NCBI GenBank assembly: GCA_963666055.2
Contig: CAXWPH010000015.1
Span: forward strand, 1,888,001 to 1,952,000
Reading direction: 5' to 3'
From: Acidobacteriota bacterium
GTDB lineage: Bacteria; Acidobacteriota; UBA890; WLXD01
DNA: 64,000 bases
Position numbers and translations under genes: made by a program. Under the pieces are notes generated by a model. That model saw only the letters and a list, made by a program, of their open reading frames with translations. It made no database searches and was not told the origin of the DNA. Shown here piece by piece: positions 29,600-38,936 of this stretch (position 1 is its first letter; every line of letters begins with the position of its first letter).

Positions 29600-32154
29600 G
29601 GGAGGCTCCGCGGGCCCCAACGTATCCGGTCAACGGCGACACCGAGGGTGCGCCGGTCCGCGGAACCTTCGGTATCCGCGGGCTTCAGAGGTGGTGATGT
29701 TTCGATCTCCAGTGCAGCCGATTTGCCGGTCGGCGACCACTCGGAAGGAACGGCAAAACTATAGTCCCTGAACCCGCGGCGAACTACGACCGTTGCCATC
29801 TCCAACCCGTCCAAGCGGACGGTCACGCGCTGCTCGCCCAGGTCCGGCGGATAGCCGCTTGCCAGCGTGATCACGAACCTCGCCGTCGCTCCATCGACGC
29901 CGGGTAAGATGAAGCGCGACACCGGGTGGGTCCAGCGAAACGACCGCTCGCCACGGCGCCCCTCGATGTTCTCCAGGGTGCGGCCCGCGAGGTAGAGATC
30001 GTCCCATCCACCCACGTCGAGCTCTCCTGCCAAGGCAACTGGCTGCCCCGGGTATAGCCGGTAGAGCTTCGCGTTGATCACCACTGGTTCCATGTTGATG
30101 GGCTGTCTCGAGCCGGTCTGCGCGGTCTCCTCGAGGCGGGCGCTTTCCCAAAGGAACGCCTCGACCGGCTCGGCCCTCAACCAGTCGACGGCTTCCAGGT
30201 ACCCCGTGGTTAGCAAGTACACGCTGTGGCCACGCTCTATTTGGTGCCGCAGCAGATCGAGCACGATTCGTTCATCCATCGCCGGCTCGGGGAGCCGTAG
30301 CATGCCCAGACCCAGCTCGTGCTGTATAGCGTTCTCGAAGCGCGGCAGCCCGCGGCGAGTGAACGGCTCGACCAAGATGAGTGCGTCCGGTGGTAACGCC
30401 GCCGCGAGCCTCCGCATCATGCCGCGGCTGCCTCGCAGATCACGGATTTCGGCGTATCGGGAGCCGTAGGCCCAGGACCGCCAGGTGATCCAACCGGCGG
30501 CCGGCACGACCAGGGCGACTACCAGCGCTGCCGCGATTGTCGGCATGGGGCTGTGCGGCCGACTGCGCAGCCGCAGCCAGGCGCGCTCGGCACAAATGCC
30601 CAGCAGGCCAGCCGCAGCAATCAGCGTCGCCGGCAGAACGACGGGCAAGTAGCGTCGGTACGCCCATAACAGCTCCGGGATGATGCTCTTCCTCCAGAGT
30701 AAGACCGCGGAAGCGAACAATAGGATCGCGACGACGGCGTCGCACCCGGGAGGCGCCGAACGCCGCAGCAAGACCAGCACAACAGCAACCACCGCCGCGA
30801 GGGTGGCGCCGGAGGAGACAAGCCAGACCAGCGTGATGAAGTTGTGCGAGTCCCAGGTGAGCACCGCAGGGCGCAAAAAATACGAGTAGTAGACGGCTAT
30901 TGCGAATGCCGACGCGAGCACGACACGGAGCCGATGCCCGACGGCGCTTGCCGGGTTGAGCGATCGCACCACCCACTCCACCGGGACCACGCTGGCCCGC
31001 AGACTCCAGACGCCAAGCGCCAGGGCGGCAACCGCGACTACGGCCACCCCCACGGTGACCATCCAGAAAGGCGTCTTCGGCGGGCCGTAGAGGGTGTCCA
31101 GGACGTAGGGCAACGACCAGAACCACAGGTGCACCAAGGCATGAAAGCCGAGAACAAAGGAGCCTGCCCAGAGCCATCGCGTCGACGCGACCCGCAGCCG
31201 TCCGCTAAGCGCATCCGCGGCGTAAAGCAATCCGAGCGGCAGCACCAACGTCCCGAGCTCGAGTTTGGTCAGCCACGTCAAGCCGAACGCCCATCCGGCC
31301 AGCAAGCCCATGGCTCGGCCACAGCCGCTACGCTCGAGTATCAGAGCGAAGCAGCCGATGAGGATCATCGCCTGTGCGTGCACCTCGGCGGCCCCGTAGC
31401 GTATGAACCAGGAGTTGGCGAACGACATGCACAGCCAGGAAGCTGCCAGGGCGGCGGCGAGCCCGTTGGCCAGCCGCCGGGTGAGAAAGAACAACGCTAC
31501 CGCCGCCAGGACAGCAACACCGACATTGGCGTAACCGGCCTCTGGCGATCCTAGCCCGGCGCTACCGATTGCCAGCCAGACCGGCGCCACGGGAAGGAAC
31601 TGTGGCACTACGCGACCGGTCTCGGGGTCGTCCAGGTAGAAGCCTGCGGAGCGCGGGCGCGACTCGATGCGCATACGGAAGAAGTACTCCCGCGCTTCGA
31701 CTGGCAGCGCCGCAACCAGCGAATCTTTGAAGGCCAGCTTGCCGCTGCGCAGGAGTTGCGCCGCGGTCAGTCGATAAACTCCTTGGTCGCGCCCGTCGAG
31801 GCGTGTATCGAACGGCGGGGTCGAGAACCAGAAAGTCAGCGCCAACAGCGTCGGGATCACGATGGCACCTGCCCAGTCGGCGCGCCATCGGAATGCTGCC
31901 AGCCCCTTCGACCGCAGCCGCCACAGCACCACGATCCCCGTCGTGGTGGCGGCAAGCGCCAGTGTTCGGATTCCGAACCAGCCAGCCTCGCCTAGCAACA
32001 CACCGAGGTGGCTCAACAGCAGGTAGCCACCAGCGGTGGCAAGAAACACTCGCCCGGCTATCGACCCCCGACGCGCGAACAAACGCCAACCGAAGACAAA
32101 CGCCCCGCCGAGGGCCACGACTACCCAGGCGGCCAGCCCGACGTCGGCTATCAC
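29596..32154 (-). CDS. large multi-pass membrane protein, probable GT-C glycosyltransferase with periplasmic C-terminal domain
   Basis: GRDQGVY loop motif, many TM segments, WAYRRYLP, soluble tail with FRWT and DRRTLGVAV. Confidence 0.7.
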   Translation of the reverse strand: MIADVGLAAWVVVALGGAFVFGWRLFARRGSIAGRVFLATAGGYLLLSHLGVLLGEAGWFGIRTLALAATTTGIVVLWRLRSKGLAAFRWRADWAGAIVIPTLLALTFWFSTPPFDTRLDGRDQGVYRLTAAQLLRSGKLAFKDSLVAALPVEAREYFFRMRIESRPRSAGFYLDDPETGRVVPQFLPVAPVWLAIGSAGLGSPEAGYANVGVAVLAAVALFFLTRRLANGLAAALAASWLCMSFANSWFIRYGAAEVHAQAMILIGCFALILERSGCGRAMGLLAGWAFGLTWLTKLELGTLVLPLGLLYAADALSGRLRVASTRWLWAGSFVLGFHALVHLWFWSLPYVLDTLYGPPKTPFWMVTVGVAVVAVAALALGVWSLRASVVPVEWVVRSLNPASAVGHRLRVVLASAFAIAVYYSYFLRPAVLTWDSHNFITLVWLVSSGATLAAVVAVVLVLLRRSAPPGCDAVVAILLFASAVLLWRKSIIPELLWAYRRYLPVVLPATLIAAAGLLGICAERAWLRLRSRPHSPMPTIAAALVVALVVPAAGWITWRSWAYGSRYAEIRDLRGSRGMMRRLAAALPPDALILVEPFTRRGLPRFENAIQHELGLGMLRLPEPAMDERIVLDLLRHQIERGHSVYLLTTGYLEAVDWLRAEPVEAFLWESARLEETAQTGSRQPINMEPVVINAKLYRLYPGQPVALAGELDVGGWDDLYLAGRTLENIEGRRGERSFRWTHPVSRFILPGVDGATARFVITLASGYPPDLGEQRVTVRLDGLEMATVVVRRGFRDYSFAVPSEWSPTGKSAALEIETSPPLKPADTEGSADRRTLGVAVDRIRWGPRSLP

Positions 32155-33467
32155 GGGTCGGCCGTCATCCCGACAGCGGGCGGCGCTACGTTCGCCAAGC
32201 AGCCGCGGATCAGGTGCCGCGCTGCATCGGTAGCATTCGACGGCACGCAGCGCTGGTGGAGCCGCCCGCGCAACAGCTTCCAGGTCGCCTCGGAGCGGCG
32301 GGCGGGAGTGCTACAAAGCTCGTGTGCACGCTCCAGCTCGGCCTCCACGGATGCGGCGATGGAGGTCGCATCGGCCCCGGCGACAATCAAGCACCGTCCG
32401 GCCTGCCGCAGCGCTGCAACAAGCGCGGCGTCGTCGAGCAGGTTGTCAACGGTGACAAAGAGCGCTTGCCCCATGGCACGCCCAGGGGCAAGCCTGGGCG
32501 CGACGTCTCGCGGCAAGAACTCGTAGTGTGGTGCGTCCGCCACCAGCGTCAGCGCGCCGGCGGCGAGCGCTCGGTACAGCACCGCGCGCTCGTATGCCAC
32601 CGGCTCGGGCGCCGCCGCAATCACGATGTCGGCACCGTCCGTTACCTGCCGGAGCTGGGTGGGCGAGGGTGACAGATGCCATTCGATGCGCCCATCGAGC
32701 CCGGCCCGCGACGCCGCCGGACCAGCAATCGCCTGATGGATGATCTCCGGCGTCACATAGCGGATCGAGAGATCAGACCGCTTCTCTAGCAGCCGGGCTA
32801 AACCCGACATCAGCGGCTGCGGCCAGCGGGAGCTCGCGGACACAACCGTGACGATGCCTTGCGTGTCGGAGTGTTCCGACGGCGCTCCCAGAACACCTGC
32901 ACCGATGGGTAGCTCGACGTGCTCGACTGCAACGCCCTGCCGCCGCAGCTGCGCGGCGATCGGCGCTGTCGCCGCCAGCATCCGGTGGCGTTGCGACATG
33001 GCGCGCACCAGCGGATCGTAGCGCTCGTAAAGTGCGCGGCTACCCCAACCCCCGGCAACCGCAGCGCCGACTCGAGCACCGAGCTTCGGAACAGTGGCTT
33101 CGAGCGCCTCGATGTAGGCGTCCCAGCGCCCCAGAAGCGCCAAGCCACCGACTAGCATGTGATGCATAGCCGGATCGAGGATCCAAGCCACGCCGGCGCA
33201 ACGGCCTGCCAGGAGGTAGCTCGGCTCGTACGGAAGAAAATCGCGCCCGAGCGGGTAGAGAGCCGTGTCGAACTCCCTGTGCCTGTGGCGCTCGTCGAAA
33301 CGCAAGTAATGGAACGCCGGCGCCGGTAGATCGCCCCCTCGCAGGCGAGTGGATTCGACGAAGACCTCGACGTCCACTCGCGCCGCCAACGCACGCACGA
33401 CGGCATCGAGCTGTCGCGCTACCAGGGCTCGCGGATCGATACTCGGCAGCGTGATCGCGACGCGCAC
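32151..33467 (-). CDS. degenerate GT-B (GT4-like) protein
   Basis: GTG start at 33467 just after the upstream stop; alignable by eye with 37659-38936; no EX7E motif. Confidence 0.65.
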   Translation of the reverse strand: MRVAITLPSIDPRALVARQLDAVVRALAARVDVEVFVESTRLRGGDLPAPAFHYLRFDERHRHREFDTALYPLGRDFLPYEPSYLLAGRCAGVAWILDPAMHHMLVGGLALLGRWDAYIEALEATVPKLGARVGAAVAGGWGSRALYERYDPLVRAMSQRHRMLAATAPIAAQLRRQGVAVEHVELPIGAGVLGAPSEHSDTQGIVTVVSASSRWPQPLMSGLARLLEKRSDLSIRYVTPEIIHQAIAGPAASRAGLDGRIEWHLSPSPTQLRQVTDGADIVIAAAPEPVAYERAVLYRALAAGALTLVADAPHYEFLPRDVAPRLAPGRAMGQALFVTVDNLLDDAALVAALRQAGRCLIVAGADATSIAASVEAELERAHELCSTPARRSEATWKLLRGRLHQRCVPSNATDAARHLIRGCLANVAPPAVGMTADP

Positions 33468-33469
33468 AT

Positions 33470-34525
33470 CTACTCCAGGGTGGAGGTCAACGCCGCGATC
33501 GCCTTCGGCCAGCTGACCCGGTCGCGTACCATCTCCCGCCCCTCGTGCCCCAGGCGCTCGCACAGGGCCCGGTCCTCGTACAGCACGTCGATGCGGTCGG
33601 CGAGGGCACCAGGATCGGGCTCCACCACGAAGCCGGTGGCGCTGTCGCGCACGAACTCGAGCACGCCGCCCGAATCTGTCGTCGTCACGACCGGACGCGC
33701 AGCGAAGAACGCCTCGAGGGTCGTGAAGCCATAGTCCTCATCAAGCGGCGTCAGCGTCATTGCAAAACAACCAGCCATCAACTCCAGCACGTCCTCGTCC
33801 GCAGCGAAACCCAGAAAAACGACGCGGTCTTCGAGGCCCAAATCGGTGACCAGCTCTTCGAGCCGCGCCTGGTCCGGCCCGCGTCCGGCGATGCGCAAGC
33901 AAACCGGATTGCGCGTGCGGGCCAGGGCCTGGATCGCCAGATCCAGCCGCTTGATGCGATCGAGCCGTCCAACGTAGAACAAATAGTCACCGTACGCGCC
34001 GACCCTCAGTCTCTGGTGCAGAGGAGGCGGTGCGTAGAGCGGCGTCGCCTCGACGCCGCAATACAGCTGTAGTCGGATGGCGGTATTTTGACTGTTGGTG
34101 AACAGTGCCCTGGTTTCGGATAACGCCTCCATGTCGAGCTCGAACAAGGCATCGCGAAGCGCCACCTCGTCATCAGCCAATCGGAAGTTGCCGAATGGTG
34201 TCGGGTGCAGATCGTAGACTTCGCGCTGCTGGTGGAATATCCAGGCAACCTTGTTGCGGTGCCGAGCCAGATACGATGGATATTTCGTGGCGATCAGCAG
34301 GTCGACCTCGCCGGGAGCGGTTGCCTCGAAGTTAGCCAGCCGCCACGCCATCGCCTGCTCGAGCGACGAGACAGTTCCCGTCCAGGTGTACGGTAGGGTT
34401 ACCAGCTCCACCTCGTGGCCGGCCTCGGTGAGCGCCGCCACGGTGAGCTCGGCATGTAGCTCGGCACCACCGCGAAGAAAGGGAACCTGCGGCGCAGCAA
34501 CGATGATGCGGTAACTTCGGCTCAA
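33470..34525 (-). CDS. glycosyltransferase family 4
   Basis: VPFLRGGAELH, GRLDRIKRLD, EDYGFTTLEAF. Confidence 0.92.
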   Translation of the reverse strand: MSRSYRIIVAAPQVPFLRGGAELHAELTVAALTEAGHEVELVTLPYTWTGTVSSLEQAMAWRLANFEATAPGEVDLLIATKYPSYLARHRNKVAWIFHQQREVYDLHPTPFGNFRLADDEVALRDALFELDMEALSETRALFTNSQNTAIRLQLYCGVEATPLYAPPPLHQRLRVGAYGDYLFYVGRLDRIKRLDLAIQALARTRNPVCLRIAGRGPDQARLEELVTDLGLEDRVVFLGFAADEDVLELMAGCFAMTLTPLDEDYGFTTLEAFFAARPVVTTTDSGGVLEFVRDSATGFVVEPDPGALADRIDVLYEDRALCERLGHEGREMVRDRVSWPKAIAALTSTLE

Positions 34526-36084
34526 GACGTCTGGCCGGTCGCGTCTACCCGCGAGGCGATGAGCGCATATTCCTGCGGCGCAGCATACATCTCGTTCACC
34601 TGATCGATCCGCAGGTTGAGCTCCCGCACGACCGCCAGGCTGCTAGCGTGCTCGACGAACGGAGCCTCCTCCACTCGTGCTACCTGGGCCACTTCTGGTA
34701 CTTCAGCCTGGTACACGATGTCGATAACCGTAAGGCCACTCCGGTGCGCCATGAACGACAGCAGTTGCGGATGAACCGGGCGCGTATGAGTGGGATCGAG
34801 TACGTAGGCGCGTACGAGCGCGAACAGGCTCTCGGGGTTGATCGTCTCGACCACCAACCGGCCGCCTGGGGCCAGGCGCGAAGCCGCCAGGTCGGTGAGC
34901 CGCGACCAGTCGGGGGGAGGAATGTGCTCGATCACTTGGGCGAGGAATATTCCGCCTAGCGACCCCTCCGGGCGCGCCGCCAGCCAGTCGAACAGATCAG
35001 CGCACTCCGCCTGCAAGCCGCGCTCCGCGCAACTTTCCACGTCAGCAGCGTTGAGCTCGACCCCGATAGCCTCGGTTCCGGCGGCCTCCAGCAACTCGAG
35101 AAACTCGCCCCGCCCGCATCCCAGATCGGCAACCGGCCCTGGAACTCCTTCGAATCGCCCGACGTGCGCGCTCATGCGCCGGGTGATCTCCGCTTCGTCA
35201 CCTCGGAAACGGAGCTGGAAGGCACGATAGTCCTCGTCTCGCATCCATTCACGCAACTGCCGCCAGAGCTCGCCATCGAGGTGCTGCGCGGCACCGCCGC
35301 CCGCTGGCTGCGACTCTGACTTGGAAGCTGCCTGCACCTGGTCGAGTACCCGGGCCAGCTGCGCCCGCGTCTCGAGAAGCTCCGCCTCGGCGATGTTCGA
35401 GGTGCGCGACTGCAGCTGCTCGAGGACCTTGTCCTTTTCGTCGAAACGGGCGTCGATCGCCTGCGCCCGCTCTACGAAGCGGACCTCCAGGAAGTGCATG
35501 CGCTCGGCATGTTTGTCGTACAAATCGTCGAGCGCGCCGCGCAGCCCCCAGAGTTCTTCCTCCAACGCGTCAAAGAGCACGCTCTGGCGATCACGCAGCG
35601 CTTCGTCGTAGTTGGACAGTGCCGCATCCAGCCGCGCCTCCAGCTGACGAGGGTCCGGTGCCAGGTCGAAGAGCGAATCGTGAATCGCGACCAGGCGCTG
35701 CTCGACCGCCGCGCCGAGCTGGTTGAGGTGCCGTACAACCTCGGCGTTGAACTTCTCCTGGCGTGCCAGATAGGGGTCCAAGACAGGCTGCACAAAGGGC
35801 CGCGCTAGCCATCGCAGGAAGGTCAGCAGAGGCCCGATCACCGGTACGCTCGAGCGCAGCTCCGTCGGGCCCGTGATCACCGCCAGATCGTTTGCCGCTA
35901 TCAGGTGATCCGAGTGCGTAATGCGGGGCTCGGAGACCGGCGGCGATATGTTGGGCGCGGCCAGCTCGGGCCGCGAGACGGGAGACATCCCGGCGGCGAT
36001 ACGAGGCGGAGGCGCCGCTTTCAGCTCGTCCCGGATCTGGTCGCGGACCCGCTCAAGTCGCCGTGCGATCTCGTTCTGGTCCAT
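34522..36084 (-). CDS. class I SAM-dependent methyltransferase with N-terminal coiled coil (glycan chain-terminator type)
   Basis: Amphipathic helix and ~200-aa coiled coil, then FRG, VADLGCGRGEFL, QVIEH, ETINP, DPTH. Confidence 0.88.
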   Translation of the reverse strand: MDQNEIARRLERVRDQIRDELKAAPPPRIAAGMSPVSRPELAAPNISPPVSEPRITHSDHLIAANDLAVITGPTELRSSVPVIGPLLTFLRWLARPFVQPVLDPYLARQEKFNAEVVRHLNQLGAAVEQRLVAIHDSLFDLAPDPRQLEARLDAALSNYDEALRDRQSVLFDALEEELWGLRGALDDLYDKHAERMHFLEVRFVERAQAIDARFDEKDKVLEQLQSRTSNIAEAELLETRAQLARVLDQVQAASKSESQPAGGGAAQHLDGELWRQLREWMRDEDYRAFQLRFRGDEAEITRRMSAHVGRFEGVPGPVADLGCGRGEFLELLEAAGTEAIGVELNAADVESCAERGLQAECADLFDWLAARPEGSLGGIFLAQVIEHIPPPDWSRLTDLAASRLAPGGRLVVETINPESLFALVRAYVLDPTHTRPVHPQLLSFMAHRSGLTVIDIVYQAEVPEVAQVARVEEAPFVEHASSLAVVRELNLRIDQVNEMYAAPQEYALIASRVDATGQTS

Positions 36085-36126
36085 GGCGTGCCTCAGGCCG
36101 GAATCTCTGCCCGCGGCGGGTCAGAC

Positions 36127-37428
36127 CTACCGACCGACGGAAGTGTAGTCGAACTCCAGCTCGCGCATCCTGGCCGGCTCGTACACGTTTCTCAGGTCGA
36201 CGAGCACCGGGCTCCGCATACCGGCACGCAGCCGCCCGAGGTCGAGGTTGCGGAACTGGTTCCACTCTGTGGCGATCACCACAACATCGACTTCGGCGCA
36301 CGCGGCATATGCATCGTCGCAGTAGATGACACGATCTCCGAGCGCGGCGCGGGCGTTGTTCATCGCGGCAGGGTCAAAGGTCTGGATACTGGCGCCCTCT
36401 GCCAGCAAGCCCTCGGCGATCGCGATGGCCGGACTCTCGCGCGTGTCGTCAGTGTTGGGCTTGAAAGCGAGCCCGAGCAGCCCGACTCTGGTGCCGTCGA
36501 GAGCGCCTACCGCGGCGCGAATCTTGTCGATCATCAGCTCGCGCTGACGGGCGTTGGCTGCCAGCGCGGCGTTCCCCATCATGAAGTCGTAGCCAACCTC
36601 CTCGGCCGCAGCGACCAGCGCGCTGACGTCCTTCGGAAAGCACGAACCCCCGAAGCCGGGGCCCGGATGAAGAAACTTGGACGAGATTCGGCCATCCAGA
36701 CCCATCGACCGAGCAACGACATGAACGTCGGCACCCAATCGTTCACACATGTTAGCGATCTCGTTGATGAAGGTGATCTTCACGGCCAGGAACGCATTGG
36801 ATGCATACTTGATCATCTCGGCCGTCGGCACCGACGTAACCACAATCGGAGTCTCGATGAGATACAGCGGCCGATACAGAGCCTCCATGATCTCCGCGGC
36901 GCGCTTCGAGTCGACACCAATGACGATGCGATCCGGTCGCATGAAGTCCTCGACGGCGGACCCCTCGCGCAAGAACTCGGGGTTGCTGGCGACGTCGAAG
37001 TCGGCATGGTCACCAGCATGCTCGAGAATAAGCCGCTTGATGCGCTCAGCGGTGCGAGGTGGCACCGTGCTCTTCGTAGCGATGACCTTGTAGCCATTGA
37101 GGTGGCGGCCAATGTCCTCAGCCACGGCGTCGATGTAGGTCAGATCGGTGCTGCCGTCGTCACGCGCCGGTGTACCCACAGCGATGAAGACGACATCGGC
37201 ATCGCGAATGGCGCCGCCGACATCGGTGGTGAACGCCAGGCGGCCGGCGGCAACGTTCTGGATGATCTTCTCCGCCAAGCCAGGCTCATAGAACGGCACT
37301 CCACCGGCCGTCAGCTTGGCGATCTTCGCTTCATCGATATCGCAACAAATGACGTCCAGACCAAAGTCCGCGAAACACGTGCCCGACACCAGGCCTACAT
37401 ACCCCGTGCCGATCATGGTGACCTTCAT
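36127..37428 (-). CDS. ugd: UDP-glucose 6-dehydrogenase
   Basis: IGTGYVGL, KSTVP, NPEFLREG, KYASNAFLA, GFGGSCFPKD, GLAFKPNTDDTRES. Confidence 0.96.
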   Translation of the reverse strand: MKVTMIGTGYVGLVSGTCFADFGLDVICCDIDEAKIAKLTAGGVPFYEPGLAEKIIQNVAAGRLAFTTDVGGAIRDADVVFIAVGTPARDDGSTDLTYIDAVAEDIGRHLNGYKVIATKSTVPPRTAERIKRLILEHAGDHADFDVASNPEFLREGSAVEDFMRPDRIVIGVDSKRAAEIMEALYRPLYLIETPIVVTSVPTAEMIKYASNAFLAVKITFINEIANMCERLGADVHVVARSMGLDGRISSKFLHPGPGFGGSCFPKDVSALVAAAEEVGYDFMMGNAALAANARQRELMIDKIRAAVGALDGTRVGLLGLAFKPNTDDTRESPAIAIAEGLLAEGASIQTFDPAAMNNARAALGDRVIYCDDAYAACAEVDVVVIATEWNQFRNLDLGRLRAGMRSPVLVDLRNVYEPARMRELEFDYTSVGR

Positions 37429-37658
37429 CAGGATCCTCGGCGCCTCGCGCCTGAACATGCCCGCGGCGACGCGAGCGAGTGGCTAGCAGGTTTCGTCAGC
37501 GCTCTCGTAGTGGTGGTTGCCGCAGTGTCCATGTCCGCCGAACTCACCCGGTCACGCGCGGTCGGAGCCGCTCGGCGGCAAGAGACAGAAGCTTGCGGGG
37601 CGAGCGTGGCAGGAGAAACGAAAGGATATCGCAACATCGAAGTGCGCGGCGCGCCCCC

Positions 37659-38936
37659 TCAAGGTCCGTCATCGACCGCGAGCGCCTGCCCGACCGCCCT
37701 AACGTAGCTGGCTGCCATTGCCTCACGGGTGATGGTGCATGCGGCCCACTGCTGCGCCACCGAAGCCGCTCGGTGGCGAGCCCTGGGATCAGAGAGCCAT
37801 TCAATGAGCGCCGCCCGCAACGCCGCCTCCTCCCCGTCAGCTGTCCCTGTCGGAACGCGTTGCACGGCGCCGGCAGGAATATCGCGCAGATGGACCAGGT
37901 CGTGAATCACTATGGGTGTGCCCAGTTGCAACAGCTGCTGCTGGGCACCGGACGAGGCTCTGGCAGTCGGATAGCGAAGGTTGACCGCAATGTCGGTGGC
38001 ACGCATCAAGGCGCCGAAGTCGAGGTCGCTGACGCGCCCCGTCCAACGCACTCGCTGTCCGAGGCGGCGCGCCGCAGGCAGCCGGGCGAGCTCGGACTCA
38101 GCGGAGCCCACCGCCACGAAGACGAAGTCGTGGTCGGCGGCGATGTCGGCCAGCACGTCGAGAATCATCGCAATACAATGCCCGGACCCTATGTGACCGA
38201 AGGTTCCGACAAGCGGCCGCTCGCCATCCGCTCCGAGATCGACCCTCCACGCTGCTACCAGGTCGTCTGGGGGACGCGGCACGGGTAGCCAGTGCACAAC
38301 CGAAGCGATCCGCACCTCGGGTAACTGGGCGCCCAACCAGCGGGCCAATAGATCGCCGTGCACCACGGTGAGAAGACTGGTCCGCACCAGGTCCTCACAC
38401 ATTGGAAAGTTCCAGTACAGAGCGGGTGTTCCGAACCCGCCGACAACCAAATGGCCGATGTCGTTGGCCACGTCGGGTCGGCCGCGCCGCAGGGCAGCTC
38501 GGTAGCCGTCGAGATCGTGGGTATGCAGGTAGTGCGCCGCGCGCGACGGGTGAAGGACGACATCGTGCAGCACCAACAGACCCGGTTTCCGCGCCACGAT
38601 AGGCGTCACGTAATGGTGCGCTTCGCTGTTTCCCATGTGATAGACGGCTAGGTCGTACGGTCGCATCCTCTCCCGCCGACACCATTGCTCATGCGGTAGA
38701 ACCCGCTGCCGGCGTCCGACCCAGCGGCCGGCGCGCAGGCGCTCCTCCGCAAAGACATCGATCTGCCAACGCGCCGGGAGCACGTCCAGCAGGCCAGCAA
38801 CATAGTCGGCGACGCCGGTCGGCGCCGGCGGCATTGGCGAGAACATCGCAATGCGCAGCGGGCGCTCGGCGAGCTCCGCGAGTGCCCCGCTCAGACCGGC
38901 GGTAGGCGCCCGCGCCGCCGCCGTTTCCCGGCTCAT
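37659..38936 (-). CDS. GT4-like glycosyltransferase
   Basis: FSPMPPAPTGVADY, YHMGNSEAH, LHD, VNLRYPT. Confidence 0.82.
   Translation of the reverse strand: MSRETAAARAPTAGLSGALAELAERPLRIAMFSPMPPAPTGVADYVAGLLDVLPARWQIDVFAEERLRAGRWVGRRQRVLPHEQWCRRERMRPYDLAVYHMGNSEAHHYVTPIVARKPGLLVLHDVVLHPSRAAHYLHTHDLDGYRAALRRGRPDVANDIGHLVVGGFGTPALYWNFPMCEDLVRTSLLTVVHGDLLARWLGAQLPEVRIASVVHWLPVPRPPDDLVAAWRVDLGADGERPLVGTFGHIGSGHCIAMILDVLADIAADHDFVFVAVGSAESELARLPAARRLGQRVRWTGRVSDLDFGALMRATDIAVNLRYPTARASSGAQQQLLQLGTPIVIHDLVHLRDIPAGAVQRVPTGTADGEEAALRAALIEWLSDPRARHRAASVAQQWAACTITREAMAASYVRAVGQALAVDDGP

Noticed and set aside
35905-37707. 600-aa plus-strand ORF
   Set aside because: Antisense shadow of ugd, expected from high-GC codon bias; no motifs.
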